From an uncultured Pelagibacteraceae bacterium (GTDB lineage Bacteria > Pseudomonadota > Alphaproteobacteria > Pelagibacterales > Pelagibacteraceae), in assembly GCA_902606075.1 (NCBI GenBank), contig CACLEU010000001.1, positions 16,356 through 80,355 on the forward strand: 64,000 nt of DNA, given 5' to 3'. This document shows, piece by piece, positions 51,577 to 62,384 of this stretch; position 1 is the stretch's first letter, and every line of letters starts with the position of its first letter. The position numbers were made by a program, and so were the translations under genes. The notes beneath the pieces are model-generated. The model searched no databases, had not been told where the DNA came from, and saw nothing but the letters and a program-made list of their open reading frames with translations.

Positions 51577-53178
51577 CTACTTGCTTGCGGGAGCCTTATC
51601 TTTAAACAATTTAAAATCAAGACTATCAATTAGAGCTTTGAATGATGCATCAATAATGTTCGGTGATACACCAATTGTAAACCAATTTTTTCCTTGCGAG
51701 TCTGTGCTTTCAATTGATACTCTTGTGGTAGCCTCTGTTCCTGTATTTAAAATTCTAACTTTATAATCAACGAGTTTGAGATCTTTCAGATATTTGGAAT
51801 ACTTTTCAAGCTTGGTTACGTTTTTTCTAATTGCGTTATCAAGTGCATGTACGGGACCATTTCCCTCCCCTTCGCAAATAATTTGTTCTCCATCAACCTC
51901 TAATTTCGCTTTTGCTTTTGATATAATTTGTTCCTGTTTATTTTTTGATACAGATACGTCGTATTCTTTAATTGAAATGTACCTAGGTATTTCACCCATT
52001 ACTCTTCTTGCTAATAATTCAAAAGATGCATCTGCGCCGTCATAGCTATAACCAATAAATTCTCTATCTTTTACTTCATCAAGTAATCTTTTTATTTTAG
52101 GATCGTTTTCTTCAATTTCAATCCCGATAGTTTTTAGTCTTGATAAAATATTTGATTTTCCAGATTGATCTGAAACCACAATGTTTCTATTATTTCCTAC
52201 ATCCTCAGGATTAATGTGCTCGTAAGTTTTTGGATTCTTTTGAACTGCAGATACATGCAACCCACCTTTGTGAGAAAATGCTGCAGCTCCCACATAAGGT
52301 AAGTGTTTATTTGGTTTTCTATTTAATATTTCATCCAGTAATCGCGAACATTGGGTAATATGTTTAATATTTTTTTCCTTAATATTAATTTCAAATTTAT
52401 TGGATAATTCCTTTTTAAGATGAAAAGTTGGAATAATAGACATTAAATTTGCATTCCCACATCTTTCACCTAAACCATTAATCGTTCCTTGAATTTGTCT
52501 TACACCTGACATAACGGCTGCAATTGAATTAGCAACCGCATTACCTGTATCATTATGAGCATGAATACCTAAGTTTTCTCCAGGAATATTTTTAGCCACT
52601 TCTTTAACTATATCTGTTACTTCATGAGGTAGTGTTCCACCGTTTGTATCACAAAGTACTATCCATTTAGCACCATTGTCATAAGCAGCCTTAATGCATT
52701 CTAATGCATATTTAGGATTTGCTTTATAGCCATCAAAAAAATGCTCAGCATCAAACATGAATTCTTTGTTATTTTTGACAAAATGTTTTGTAGTCTCTTT
52801 GATGTTTTCTAAGTTTTCTTCATTAGAAATGCCTAAAGCCACATCAACATGAAAATCCCATGACTTTCCAACAACACAAACTGAATTCGTATTTGAGTTT
52901 AGTAAGGCTGATAATCCAGGGTCATTTTCAGCACTCCTACCAGTTTTTTTAGTCATTCCAAATGCGGTAAAAATTGAATTTTTTAGATTAAGACCTTTCT
53001 GAAAAAATTCTGTATCCGAGGGATTAGCGCCAGGCCATCCACCTTCAATATAATCTACGCCTAAGCTGTCTAAGGCATGAGCTATTTTTGTTTTTTCATC
53101 AATTGAAAAATGAACACCTTGAGTTTGTGCACCATCTCTTAATGTCGTATCAAATATATAAAGTCTTTCTTTGGTCAT
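51577..53178 (-). CDS. cimA: Citramalate synthase
   Basis: DTTLRDGAQ, EGGWPGANP, DAEHFFDG, HAHND, HKGGLH, C-terminal regulatory domain. Confidence 0.9.
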   Translation of the reverse strand: MTKERLYIFDTTLRDGAQTQGVHFSIDEKTKIAHALDSLGVDYIEGGWPGANPSDTEFFQKGLNLKNSIFTAFGMTKKTGRSAENDPGLSALLNSNTNSVCVVGKSWDFHVDVALGISNEENLENIKETTKHFVKNNKEFMFDAEHFFDGYKANPKYALECIKAAYDNGAKWIVLCDTNGGTLPHEVTDIVKEVAKNIPGENLGIHAHNDTGNAVANSIAAVMSGVRQIQGTINGLGERCGNANLMSIIPTFHLKKELSNKFEINIKEKNIKHITQCSRLLDEILNRKPNKHLPYVGAAAFSHKGGLHVSAVQKNPKTYEHINPEDVGNNRNIVVSDQSGKSNILSRLKTIGIEIEENDPKIKRLLDEVKDREFIGYSYDGADASFELLARRVMGEIPRYISIKEYDVSVSKNKQEQIISKAKAKLEVDGEQIICEGEGNGPVHALDNAIRKNVTKLEKYSKYLKDLKLVDYKVRILNTGTEATTRVSIESTDSQGKNWFTIGVSPNIIDASFKALIDSLDFKLFKDKAPASK

Positions 53179-54536
53179 TTTATCTTCCAGGTTGTTTTAT
53201 CATCTTTATCTTCAATTAAAACACCTTTGTCTAAAAGCTCATTTCTTATTTTATCAGCTAATTCGTAATTTTTATTATCTCTAGCTGTATTCCTGTCTTT
53301 TAGTTTTTGTAAAATAACTTCCTCTGAAATTTCAAGAGTATTGTTTTTAAAATCATTCCATTTTGATTTTGACTCAGTTAAAAGGCCAACAAAATTACAT
53401 GCTGTTGTAAAAATTTCTTTATCTTTGTCTGATCCTTTTACAGCTTTGTCATATAATTTATGAATATTGCTTATATAGCCAGGTGTATTAATATCATCAT
53501 AAAGAGGATTTAAATCTTCATCTGGTATTAAAACTTTTCCTTCTGGTTTCTTTTGGCACTCGTACCATTTATCTAATGTTTTTTTTGATTGTATTAATAG
53601 ATCCTCACTCCAATCCATAGCTTGCTTATAATGAGTTGACATTAGTGCTAATCTTAAAACTTGTCCGTTATACTTTTTATAAAAATCTTTTATCTTAAAA
53701 ATATTTCCCTGTGACTTTGACATTTTTTCATTTGAAATTGTGATAAAACCGTTGTGTACCCAAAAATTTGATAAATGCTTATTTTCATTTGCACATCTTG
53801 ATTGAGCTATCTCGTTTTCATGATGTGGAAATAATAGATCTCTTCCTCCACCGTGTATATCAAAAGTATCTCCAAGATATTTTTTTGACATTGCAGAACA
53901 TTCTATATGCCAACCTGGTCTACCTCTCCCCCAAGGAGAATCCCATCCTGGTTCTTCATTCTTAGAAGGTTTCCACAAAACAAAATCTTCAGATCTTTTT
54001 TTATTTTCTGATATCTCAACTCGCGCCCCTGCAAAAAGTTCATCAACATTTTTTTTTGATAATTTTCCGTAATCTTTAAAACTTGATACATCAAAATAAA
54101 CATGAGACTTATTTTCATATGCATTATTTTTTTGTATGAGAATATTAATCATATTTATCATTAAGGGAATATTTTCAGTAGCTTTTGGCTCAAAAGTTGG
54201 TTTTTCACAATTTAAATAATCACAATCATCATTAAAACGTTTTATGATATTTGTAGTAAGTTTATCTATTGATATATTTTTAAGTTTTGCACCCTCTATA
54301 ATTTTATCATCAACATCAGTAATATTTCTGACATACAGAACTGAAGACTTTCCATATTTACATTTAAGAACTTTAAATAAAATATCAAATACAACTAGAG
54401 GTCTTGCGTTACCTATATGGGGATCATCGTAAACAGTAGGTCCACAAACATACATTCTTACCTTCTTTGCGTCGATAGGTTTAAATATTTCTTTGTTACC
54501 ACCTAGACTGTTACTTAAATATATATCTTTATCCAT
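53175..54536 (-). CDS. cysS: Cysteine--tRNA ligase
   Basis: YVCGPTVY, HIGN, PGWHIECSAM, KMSKS. Confidence 0.98.
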   Translation of the reverse strand: MDKDIYLSNSLGGNKEIFKPIDAKKVRMYVCGPTVYDDPHIGNARPLVVFDILFKVLKCKYGKSSVLYVRNITDVDDKIIEGAKLKNISIDKLTTNIIKRFNDDCDYLNCEKPTFEPKATENIPLMINMINILIQKNNAYENKSHVYFDVSSFKDYGKLSKKNVDELFAGARVEISENKKRSEDFVLWKPSKNEEPGWDSPWGRGRPGWHIECSAMSKKYLGDTFDIHGGGRDLLFPHHENEIAQSRCANENKHLSNFWVHNGFITISNEKMSKSQGNIFKIKDFYKKYNGQVLRLALMSTHYKQAMDWSEDLLIQSKKTLDKWYECQKKPEGKVLIPDEDLNPLYDDINTPGYISNIHKLYDKAVKGSDKDKEIFTTACNFVGLLTESKSKWNDFKNNTLEISEEVILQKLKDRNTARDNKNYELADKIRNELLDKGVLIEDKDDKTTWKIK

Positions 54537-54581
54537 TATATAAGGAATATACTTTTAATTTAGATTTGTGAATCTATTTGA

Positions 54582-55319
54582 TTAATTGGGAATCTTGCAA
54601 ACTGGAATAGGATCCATTTTGTGCAAGTTTGATTTTCTAATTTGAATGTATTTATCTCGATTTTTAGAATCCTTGTTATTCATCGCCTCTTCTATTTCTT
54701 TGTATGATAATCCTAGTTGACCTTCATCAGTTCTGCCATCATCCCATAGACCATCTGTTGGAGCTGCATTAATAATATCATCAAGTATTTTCAACTCTCT
54801 TCCTAGCTCCCATACTTCGGTTTTATTACAATCTGCTATTGGAGATATATCAACTCCACCATCGCCATATTTTGTATAAAAACCAACACCAAAATCTTCA
54901 ACTTTATTACCAGTACCAACAACAATTCCATTATTTGCTGCAGCAACTTGATATAGTGTTGTCATTCTTAATCTCGCACGAGAATTTGCCATGCCATGTT
55001 CACTACCAAAATTATCTAAAGTATTTTCAAATGTTTTAAACAAACTATCTAGCTCCAAAGTGTGACCTTGAACATTTTTAAAATTTTTTTTTAACCATTC
55101 CTGATGTCTTAAGCTTAAGTCGTGTTGAATATCTTTTTGCTTTATTGGCATAGACAAAACTATTGTTTTTAGACCTGTCATAGCGCTTAGCGTACTAGAA
55201 ACTGAAGAGTCAATACCTCCAGAAATACCAATTACTAGAGACTCGGCCTTTTTTGGCATTGAATTTACGTAATCTAGTATCCAATTTTTAATAAATGTAG
55301 CTTTTTTAGAAGAATCCAT
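54582..55319 (-). CDS. nadE: NH3-dependent NAD+ synthetase (no glutaminase domain)
   Basis: GISGGIDS, NSRARLRM, TKYGDGG, PTDGLW. Confidence 0.95.
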   Translation of the reverse strand: MDSSKKATFIKNWILDYVNSMPKKAESLVIGISGGIDSSVSSTLSAMTGLKTIVLSMPIKQKDIQHDLSLRHQEWLKKNFKNVQGHTLELDSLFKTFENTLDNFGSEHGMANSRARLRMTTLYQVAAANNGIVVGTGNKVEDFGVGFYTKYGDGGVDISPIADCNKTEVWELGRELKILDDIINAAPTDGLWDDGRTDEGQLGLSYKEIEEAMNNKDSKNRDKYIQIRKSNLHKMDPIPVCKIPN

Positions 55320-55356
55320 AATTCTTATATAATCTAAAAATTAAATTTTTAAATGA

Positions 55357-56736
55357 CTAAGATGCCGCTTTAATTGCATTTTTTGCATAGTTGGAATTCT
55401 TCTTAATCTCGTCAGAAATCAAAAAAGCCAATTCCAAAGCCTGATCAGCATTTAATCTTGGGTCGCAATGCGTATGATATCTGCTGGAGAGATCTTGATC
55501 AGATATATTTTTAGCTCCACCAGTACATTCTGTCACATTCTGACCAGTCATTTCAATATGAAGGCCACCCGCATAAGATCCTTCGCTTTGATGAACTCCA
55601 AAAACGTTTTTAACTTCTTTAACAACATTATTAAAAGGTCTTGTTTTAAATCCAGTTGTAGAAACTAAGGTATTGCCATGCATAGGATCGCATGACCATA
55701 GTACATTTAATCCTTCTTTTTTAATCCCTCTAATAAGTTTCGGTAAAAATTTTTCAACTTTATCATGCCCGTATCTAGAAATAAGTGTAATTTTTCCTTT
55801 TTCATTTTTAGGATTTATAACTTCACAAATTCTTGCAATTTCATCTGCTTTAGAAGTTGGTCCACATTTTATTCCTATAGGATTTTCTATTCCCCTACAG
55901 AATTCAACATGACCGCCATCTAATTGTCTGGTTCTGTCACCAATCCAAACAAAATGAGCTGAGGTGTCATGAAATTCTCCTGTAGTTGAGTCTGTTCTTG
56001 TCATGCTTTCTTCAAACGGTAAATGGAGAGCTTCATGTGAAGTCCAAAAGTTAACAGTATATAACCTTCTATTAAATTCTGGTGTTATTCCACAAGCTGC
56101 CATAAATCCTAGTGCATCAGCAATTTTATCTTCTAACTCTTTGAATTTTTTAGCCTGAGGACTATTCTTAATATATCCTAAATTCCATAAATGAACTTTT
56201 TTTAAATCTGCAAAACCACCATTTGAAAAAGCTCTTAATAAATTTAATGTTGATGCAGATTGTGAGTAAGCCCTAAATAATCTTTTAGGATCTGGTCTTC
56301 TAGCTTTTTCATCAAAATCGATTGCATTAATATTGTCTCCTAAATAGCTAGGCAATTCTTTGCCACCTTGTTTTTCAGTTGGGGCACTTCGTGGTTTAGA
56401 GAATTGACCCGCAATTCTTCCAAGTTTTACAACTGGTAAAGAAGCTGAATATGTCAATACAAGTGACATTTGCAAAATTAATTTAAAAGTATCTCTAATA
56501 TTATCTGGATGAAATTCTGCAAAACTCTCGGCACAATCACCTCCTTGAAGTAAAAAAGCTTTACCATCTACAACTTCTGCAAGTTGATCTTTTAAATGTC
56601 TGGTCTCCCCTGCAAATACTAGTGGAGGTGAAGACTTTAGCTTATTTAATACCATGCTAAGTTCTTTCTCATCATCATATGATGGGATATGTTTGACAGG
56701 ATATTTTCTCCAAGAGTTAATTTTCCAATTTTTCAT
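55357..56736 (-). CDS. Class II DAHP synthase
   Basis: LQGGDCAESF, GRIAGQFSKPRS, WIGDRTR, DPMHGNT, CDPRLN. Confidence 0.95.
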   Translation of the reverse strand: MKNWKINSWRKYPVKHIPSYDDEKELSMVLNKLKSSPPLVFAGETRHLKDQLAEVVDGKAFLLQGGDCAESFAEFHPDNIRDTFKLILQMSLVLTYSASLPVVKLGRIAGQFSKPRSAPTEKQGGKELPSYLGDNINAIDFDEKARRPDPKRLFRAYSQSASTLNLLRAFSNGGFADLKKVHLWNLGYIKNSPQAKKFKELEDKIADALGFMAACGITPEFNRRLYTVNFWTSHEALHLPFEESMTRTDSTTGEFHDTSAHFVWIGDRTRQLDGGHVEFCRGIENPIGIKCGPTSKADEIARICEVINPKNEKGKITLISRYGHDKVEKFLPKLIRGIKKEGLNVLWSCDPMHGNTLVSTTGFKTRPFNNVVKEVKNVFGVHQSEGSYAGGLHIEMTGQNVTECTGGAKNISDQDLSSRYHTHCDPRLNADQALELAFLISDEIKKNSNYAKNAIKAAS

Positions 56737-56801
56737 ATTTCAACCTTAAGATGAATGTATATCTAAAATATGTCAAATGAGAATAGATATTATAAAAAAA
56801 A

Positions 56802-58622
56802 TTACTCTACAGTTACCGATTTTGCTAGATTTCTTGGCTTATCAATATCAAAACCTTTTTTTAAAGCAGTATAGTAAGCTAATTTTTGAAGAGGAATGGT
56901 CATCAAAAAAGGTAACAAATCATCATCTGTATTTTCTACTTCAATTTTTTGCCAAATATTTTCTGAAAATATCTCATCTTTACTTTTGTTTGTTATTAAT
57001 AAAACTTTTGCTCCTCTCGCTATAACTTCTTGCATATTTGACATTGTTTTTTTGTAATACTCATCTCTTGGAGCAATTACGACAACTGGCATACCGTCTT
57101 CTATTAGTGCCAAAGGACCGTGTTTCATCTCACCAGCTGGATATCCCTCAGCATGTATGTATGAAAGTTCTTTTAACTTAAGCGCGCCCTCCATTGCAAT
57201 TGGATAAGAATATCCCCTCCCTAAAAACATTGATCCTTTTACATTAGTAAAGCTATTAGAAATAGCTTGAATATCATTTTCAGAATTTAAGGAAAGTTCA
57301 ACTTTTTTTGATAAATTTAAAAGACTTTTGATTTTAGAATTATATTTTTTTTTATCAATATTTTTGTTAAGCGCTCCCATTTTAAGGCTTAGTAAATAAA
57401 GAACAAGCATCTGACCCAAAAAAGCTTTAGTGGAAGCGACACCTATTTCTAGACCACAGTGTATTGGTAGAACAAACTTTGATTCTCTTGCTATCGAGCT
57501 TTCAACAATATTAACCACTGAACAAGTTTTCATGTTATTTTTGTTACATAAGTCTAAAGCTGCATAAGTATCTGCTGTTTCCCCTGATTGTGAAACAAAT
57601 ACGTATAACGTATCTTTTTTAAATCTATTTTTCCTATAACGAAATTCTGAGGCTATATCTATGTTTACGTTAAATGACGTCAATTGTTCAAACCAATATT
57701 TCGCAATTAAACAAGAATGATATGCAGTACCGCAGCCAATTAGCATTACTGATGAAATATCTTTTATTTTCCATGGAAAATTAAAAATATTAATTTCATT
57801 ATTTTTTTTATCTATATATTCATTTATACAATTTTTGATTGTGACTGGTTGCTCGTCTATTTCTTTTGCCATAAAATGCTTATAATCACCTTTATCATAA
57901 TTTTGTTCGTCAGTTGTTAAGGAAAGAATTTTCTTATTCATTTTTTTTCCTTGCTCATTAAAAAAACTTACCTCTGTTTTTTTTATAAAACAAAATTCAC
58001 CATCATCAAGATAAGTAATTTTATTTGTCATTGATTTTAATGCATAAGAGTCTGATCCAAGATAATTCTCTCCAGGACCATAGCCTACTGCTAAAGGTGA
58101 TCCTCTTCTTGCACCTACAATTAAATCTGGCTCATCTTGAAAAATTATACCTAATGCGAAACTACCATGTAGTTTTTTAAGTACTTTTGTTAATGTGTCT
58201 CTCAAATTATTTTTTTTTAAATATTCTGTAATTAGATGAACGATAACCTCTGTATCTGTTTGAGATTTAAATTTATGACCTTTTTTTAATAAAAATTTTT
58301 TTAATAAGGTAGAATTTTCTATGATACCGTTATGAACTACAGAAACATTTTCAGAAGAATGCGGATGGGCATTTATTGTGCTCGGTATACCATGGGTTGC
58401 CCATCTAACATGACCAATTCCAACTGTACCAAGTAACTTGCTTTTGATAATATTTTTTTCAAGATTATCTACTCTTCCCTCACACTTAACCTCCTGTATA
58501 TTACCGCTGTTTAACGTTGCTATGCCTGCAGAGTCGTAACCTCTATATTCCAGTTTTCTAAGTGAATTTAAGATATTTGAAGAAACTTCTTTATTGCTAT
58601 TAATTCCTATAATTCCGCACAT
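56802..58622 (-). CDS. glmS: Glutamine--fructose-6-phosphate transaminase
   Basis: MCGIIG, EYRGYDSAG, RWATHG, SQSGETAD, PRNLAKSVTVE. Confidence 0.98.
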   Translation of the reverse strand: MCGIIGINSNKEVSSNILNSLRKLEYRGYDSAGIATLNSGNIQEVKCEGRVDNLEKNIIKSKLLGTVGIGHVRWATHGIPSTINAHPHSSENVSVVHNGIIENSTLLKKFLLKKGHKFKSQTDTEVIVHLITEYLKKNNLRDTLTKVLKKLHGSFALGIIFQDEPDLIVGARRGSPLAVGYGPGENYLGSDSYALKSMTNKITYLDDGEFCFIKKTEVSFFNEQGKKMNKKILSLTTDEQNYDKGDYKHFMAKEIDEQPVTIKNCINEYIDKKNNEINIFNFPWKIKDISSVMLIGCGTAYHSCLIAKYWFEQLTSFNVNIDIASEFRYRKNRFKKDTLYVFVSQSGETADTYAALDLCNKNNMKTCSVVNIVESSIARESKFVLPIHCGLEIGVASTKAFLGQMLVLYLLSLKMGALNKNIDKKKYNSKIKSLLNLSKKVELSLNSENDIQAISNSFTNVKGSMFLGRGYSYPIAMEGALKLKELSYIHAEGYPAGEMKHGPLALIEDGMPVVVIAPRDEYYKKTMSNMQEVIARGAKVLLITNKSKDEIFSENIWQKIEVENTDDDLLPFLMTIPLQKLAYYTALKKGFDIDKPRNLAKSVTVE

Positions 58623-58625
58623 GTT

Positions 58626-59234
58626 TTATTTTTTTCTTTTATATTTAGTTTGTAATTGGATTGATCTCGTTAAAGATAAATTTCCATCTTTAACATTTTG
58701 TGTGATAACAGATCCAGCACCTATTGTTGAATTACGTCCTACTTTTACTGGTGCAACTAGTGATGAATTAGATCCGACGAATGAGTTGTCTCCTATTACA
58801 GTCTTATTTTTTTTAACTCCATCATAATTACAAGTAATTGTTCCAGCACCTATGTTAGCAGACACACCTACAATTGTGTCTCCAATATAACTTAAGTGAC
58901 TAACTTTGGAATTTTTTTTTATTTTACTTTTTTTAATTTCTACAAAATTTCCTATATTAGAATTCTTTTCCAAAATAGTTCCTGGTCTTAATCTGCAGAA
59001 TGGTCCTATAGAAACATTTTCATTTATTACAACTCCCTCTATATGAGAAAAAGATAGGATTTTTACATTATTTTTTATTTTTACCTTCGAGCCAATTACA
59101 ACGTAGGGCTCAATAGTAACATTTTTTCCAATTTTAGTATCTTTAGAAAAATAAACAGTGTTTGGGTCTATCATTTTAACACCTTGTTTTATAAATTTTT
59201 CTCTAATTTTTTTTTGTAAATTTATTTGTTTCAT
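58626..59234 (-). CDS. glmU: GlmU C-terminal glucosamine-1-phosphate acetyltransferase domain only
   Basis: GVKMIDP, GPFCRLRP, GNFVEIKK, HLSYIGD, NIGAGTITCNYDG hexapeptide domain; 202 aa, no N-terminal uridylyltransferase. Confidence 0.85.
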   Translation of the reverse strand: MKQINLQKKIREKFIKQGVKMIDPNTVYFSKDTKIGKNVTIEPYVVIGSKVKIKNNVKILSFSHIEGVVINENVSIGPFCRLRPGTILEKNSNIGNFVEIKKSKIKKNSKVSHLSYIGDTIVGVSANIGAGTITCNYDGVKKNKTVIGDNSFVGSNSSLVAPVKVGRNSTIGAGSVITQNVKDGNLSLTRSIQLQTKYKRKK

Positions 59235-59303
59235 TGATTTTTTCTTATAGTTAAGTATCTATGTTAATTAATTCACAAATTATTTCTTAATAATACTTTT
59301 AGA

Positions 59304-59999
59304 ATGAGTCAAAATTATACAGTTTTGTTAGATTTAGATGGAACATTAGTTGATACAGCTCCAGACCTAATGATGGCACATAATCATGTCATGAACAAAT
59401 TTGGTTACAAGTCTAAGACAACAGAAGAAATTAGAAACCTAGTTGGTAAAGGTGCTGGTGTATTAATAGGGAGATCAATTTGGGGAAGTGCCAAAAAAGA
59501 GTTTAGCAAAGTCACAGATAAAAAGATTAAAGATGAAATGATTAAAGAATTTATTGACTATTATGGAAAAAATATCGTTGTTGAAAGTAAATTATTAAAC
59601 GGCGTACTAAATTTTTTAAAATGGAGCAAAACACACAATATTTCATTAGCAGTTTGTACAAACAAACAAGAGCATTTAGCTATAGATCTTTTAAAAAAGA
59701 TTAATGTTTATCATTATTTTGATTATGTTGCAGGAAGTAATACCTTTGATTACTGCAAACCAGATCCAAGACACATAACAAATATAATTGATATTTTGCA
59801 AGGAAATATTAAAAAATCATTAATGATAGGAGATAGCGAAGTTGATAGTATGGCCGCAAGCTCTGCTGATATTCCTTTTATTTTAGTTGAAGATGGTTAC
59901 ACTGATAAAAATATAAATCAAATACCTCATAAACACTTAATTAAAGATTTTGTTGGTATAGAAAAAATTATTTCGAGTTACTTAAATGATAATACATAA
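59304..59999 (+). CDS. gph: Phosphoglycolate phosphatase-like HAD hydrolase
   Basis: [28 protein letters not shown]. Confidence 0.85.
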   Translation: MSQNYTVLLDLDGTLVDTAPDLMMAHNHVMNKFGYKSKTTEEIRNLVGKGAGVLIGRSIWGSAKKEFSKVTDKKIKDEMIKEFIDYYGKNIVVESKLLNGVLNFLKWSKTHNISLAVCTNKQEHLAIDLLKKINVYHYFDYVAGSNTFDYCKPDPRHITNIIDILQGNIKKSLMIGDSEVDSMAASSADIPFILVEDGYTDKNINQIPHKHLIKDFVGIEKIISSYLNDNT

Positions 60000-61488
60000 G
60001 CTAAAAGTTTATCCGTCTGCTTTTAAATTACTTAAAAAAAAACAATTGGCCTGGAAGTTAGCAGAACTAGCCAGTGATAATGCAAAGTTGAATAAAAACT
60101 CTGTAGAGATGGTAATTAACAGAATTATAGATAATGCATCGGTTGCAATTGCCTCTTTAAATAGAAAGGCTGTTATTACTTCTAGAGAAATGGCTATGAA
60201 ACACCCACGTAAAAATGGCGCTACTTTATTTGGTGTTGACTCAAATCAAAGATTTGATTGTGAATGGGCGGCATGGTCAAATGGAACGGCAGTAAGAGAA
60301 TTAGATTTTCATGACACTTTTTTAGCTGCAGATTACAGTCATCCAGGCGATAATATTCCTGCATTAGTTGCGGTCGCTCAACAAAAAAAGATTTCCGGTC
60401 TAAATTTAATAAAAGGTATTATTACCGCCTACGAAGTACAAGTTAATTTGGTAAAAGGTATATGTTTACATAAACATAAAGTCGATCATATCGCGCATTT
60501 AGGTCCAAGTGTTGCTGCTGGATTAGGCACAATGTTAAATTTAAAAACAGAAACAATTTATCAAGCAATTCAACAAGCATTACACGTAACTGTTTCTACT
60601 AGACAGTCTAGAAAAGGGGAAATCTCAAGTTGGAAAGCGTTTGCGCCTGCGCATGCTGGAAAACTTGGCATTGAATCTGTAGACAGAGCTATGAGAGGAG
60701 AAGGAGCTCCAAGCCCGATATACGAAGGAGAAGATAGTGTAATAGCAAGAATATTAGATGGAAAAAAAGCGGTATATAAAATTCCTTTACCAAAAAGGAA
60801 TGCAGAAAAGAAAGCAATACTTGAAACCTATACAAAAGAATATTCTGCTGAATACCAAGCACAAGCACTGATAGATCTTGGAAAAAAACTGAATAAAAAG
60901 ATTAAAAATTTAAATGATATCAAAAAAATAGATATATACACCAGTCATCATACACACAACGTTATAGGAACTGGTGCTAACGACCCTCAAAAAATGGATC
61001 CAAATGCAAGCAGAGAAACTCTGGATCACTCAATAATGTATATTTTTGCTGTTGCATTAGAGGATGCGGATTGGCATCATGTAAAGTCTTACAGCAAATC
61101 AAGAGCCAAAAGAAAAAGTACTCTAAAGATTTGGAGATCTATTAAAACTCACGAAGATAAAAAATGGACTCAACGATATCACGATTCTAACCCAAAGAAT
61201 AAAGCTTTTGGTGCAAAAGTTATTGTTACTTTAAAAAATAATAAAAAAATAATTGAAGAACAAGGAGTTGCTGATGCTCACCCTTACGGTTTAAGACCTT
61301 TTAAAAGACTAAATTATATCAAAAAATTTATAACATTAACCAAAGATATAATTAGCAGGAAAGAATCTGATAGATTTTTAAAGGATGTACAAAATTTAAA
61401 GAAATTAAAATCAAATCAATTGAGTAAATTAAATATTATAATTAATAAAAAAAACATAAAAAAAAATAATAAAATTGGAATTTTTTAA
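59986..61488 (+). CDS. prpD: 2-methylcitrate dehydratase (MmgE/PrpD)
   Basis: [39 protein letters not shown]. Confidence 0.93.
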   Translation: MIIHKLKVYPSAFKLLKKKQLAWKLAELASDNAKLNKNSVEMVINRIIDNASVAIASLNRKAVITSREMAMKHPRKNGATLFGVDSNQRFDCEWAAWSNGTAVRELDFHDTFLAADYSHPGDNIPALVAVAQQKKISGLNLIKGIITAYEVQVNLVKGICLHKHKVDHIAHLGPSVAAGLGTMLNLKTETIYQAIQQALHVTVSTRQSRKGEISSWKAFAPAHAGKLGIESVDRAMRGEGAPSPIYEGEDSVIARILDGKKAVYKIPLPKRNAEKKAILETYTKEYSAEYQAQALIDLGKKLNKKIKNLNDIKKIDIYTSHHTHNVIGTGANDPQKMDPNASRETLDHSIMYIFAVALEDADWHHVKSYSKSRAKRKSTLKIWRSIKTHEDKKWTQRYHDSNPKNKAFGAKVIVTLKNNKKIIEEQGVADAHPYGLRPFKRLNYIKKFITLTKDIISRKESDRFLKDVQNLKKLKSNQLSKLNIIINKKNIKKNNKIGIF

Positions 61489-62384
61489 TGCATTTTGTTA
61501 AAAAAAAAATTAAAGAAAAAAGAAAAGATTTTGTAAAAAAATTAAAGAGTGGTAAAATTCTAAGAGTGCCTGGTGCATATAATCCATTAACTGCCAAGTT
61601 AATTGAAGAAATAGGTTATGATGCTGTTTATGTTTCTGGCGGAGTAATGTCTAACGACCTTGGTTATCCGGATATTGGGTTAACTACACTTGAGGATGTA
61701 AGTAATAGGTCAAAACAAATTGCTAGAGTAACAAATCTTCCTACAATTGTAGATATTGATACTGGCTTTAAATCATGTAGTAAAACTATAAGAACTTTTG
61801 AAAAATTTGGAATAACTGCTGTCCATATTGAAGACCAAGTCGAAAGAAAAAGATGCGGTCATCTCGATAATAAAGAACTTATCTCCACAAAAAAGATGGT
61901 AAAAAAAATTAAAGAATGTTTCAAAGCTAAAAAAGATAAAAATTTCAAAATTATTGCAAGATCTGATGCTAAGGGTGTTGAGGGCATAGACAAAATGATT
62001 GACAGATGCAAAGCCTATATCGATGCAGGTGCTGAAATAATTTTTCCAGAAGCCTTAAAAGATAAAAAAGAATTTGAAAAAGTTCGAAAGAATCTAAGTT
62101 CATACTTGCTTGCGAACATGACTGAGTTTGGAAAGTCTGAGCTAATAAACTATAAAGTATTGGAAAATTTAGGCTATAATATTGTTATTTATCCAGTTAC
62201 TACCCAGAGACTTGCTATGAAAAGTGTCGAAGAAGGTCTAAAAGTCCTTTTTAAGGATGGACATCAAAAAAACATTATTGATAAAATGCAAACTAGAAGT
62301 AGATTGTACGACTTAGTAGATTATAAAAAATATAATTCGTTAGACAAAAAAATTTATAATTTTAACACTGATGGACATAAATAA
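61488..62384 (+). CDS. prpB: Methylisocitrate lyase
   Basis: DIDTGF, HIEDQ, KRCGH, LANMTEFGK. Confidence 0.95.
   Translation: MHFVKKKIKEKRKDFVKKLKSGKILRVPGAYNPLTAKLIEEIGYDAVYVSGGVMSNDLGYPDIGLTTLEDVSNRSKQIARVTNLPTIVDIDTGFKSCSKTIRTFEKFGITAVHIEDQVERKRCGHLDNKELISTKKMVKKIKECFKAKKDKNFKIIARSDAKGVEGIDKMIDRCKAYIDAGAEIIFPEALKDKKEFEKVRKNLSSYLLANMTEFGKSELINYKVLENLGYNIVIYPVTTQRLAMKSVEEGLKVLFKDGHQKNIIDKMQTRSRLYDLVDYKKYNSLDKKIYNFNTDGHK

Noticed and set aside
54562-54577. TAGATT-TGTG-AATCTA hairpin after nadE as a terminator
   Set aside because: Weak AT-rich stem with no U-tract on the - strand
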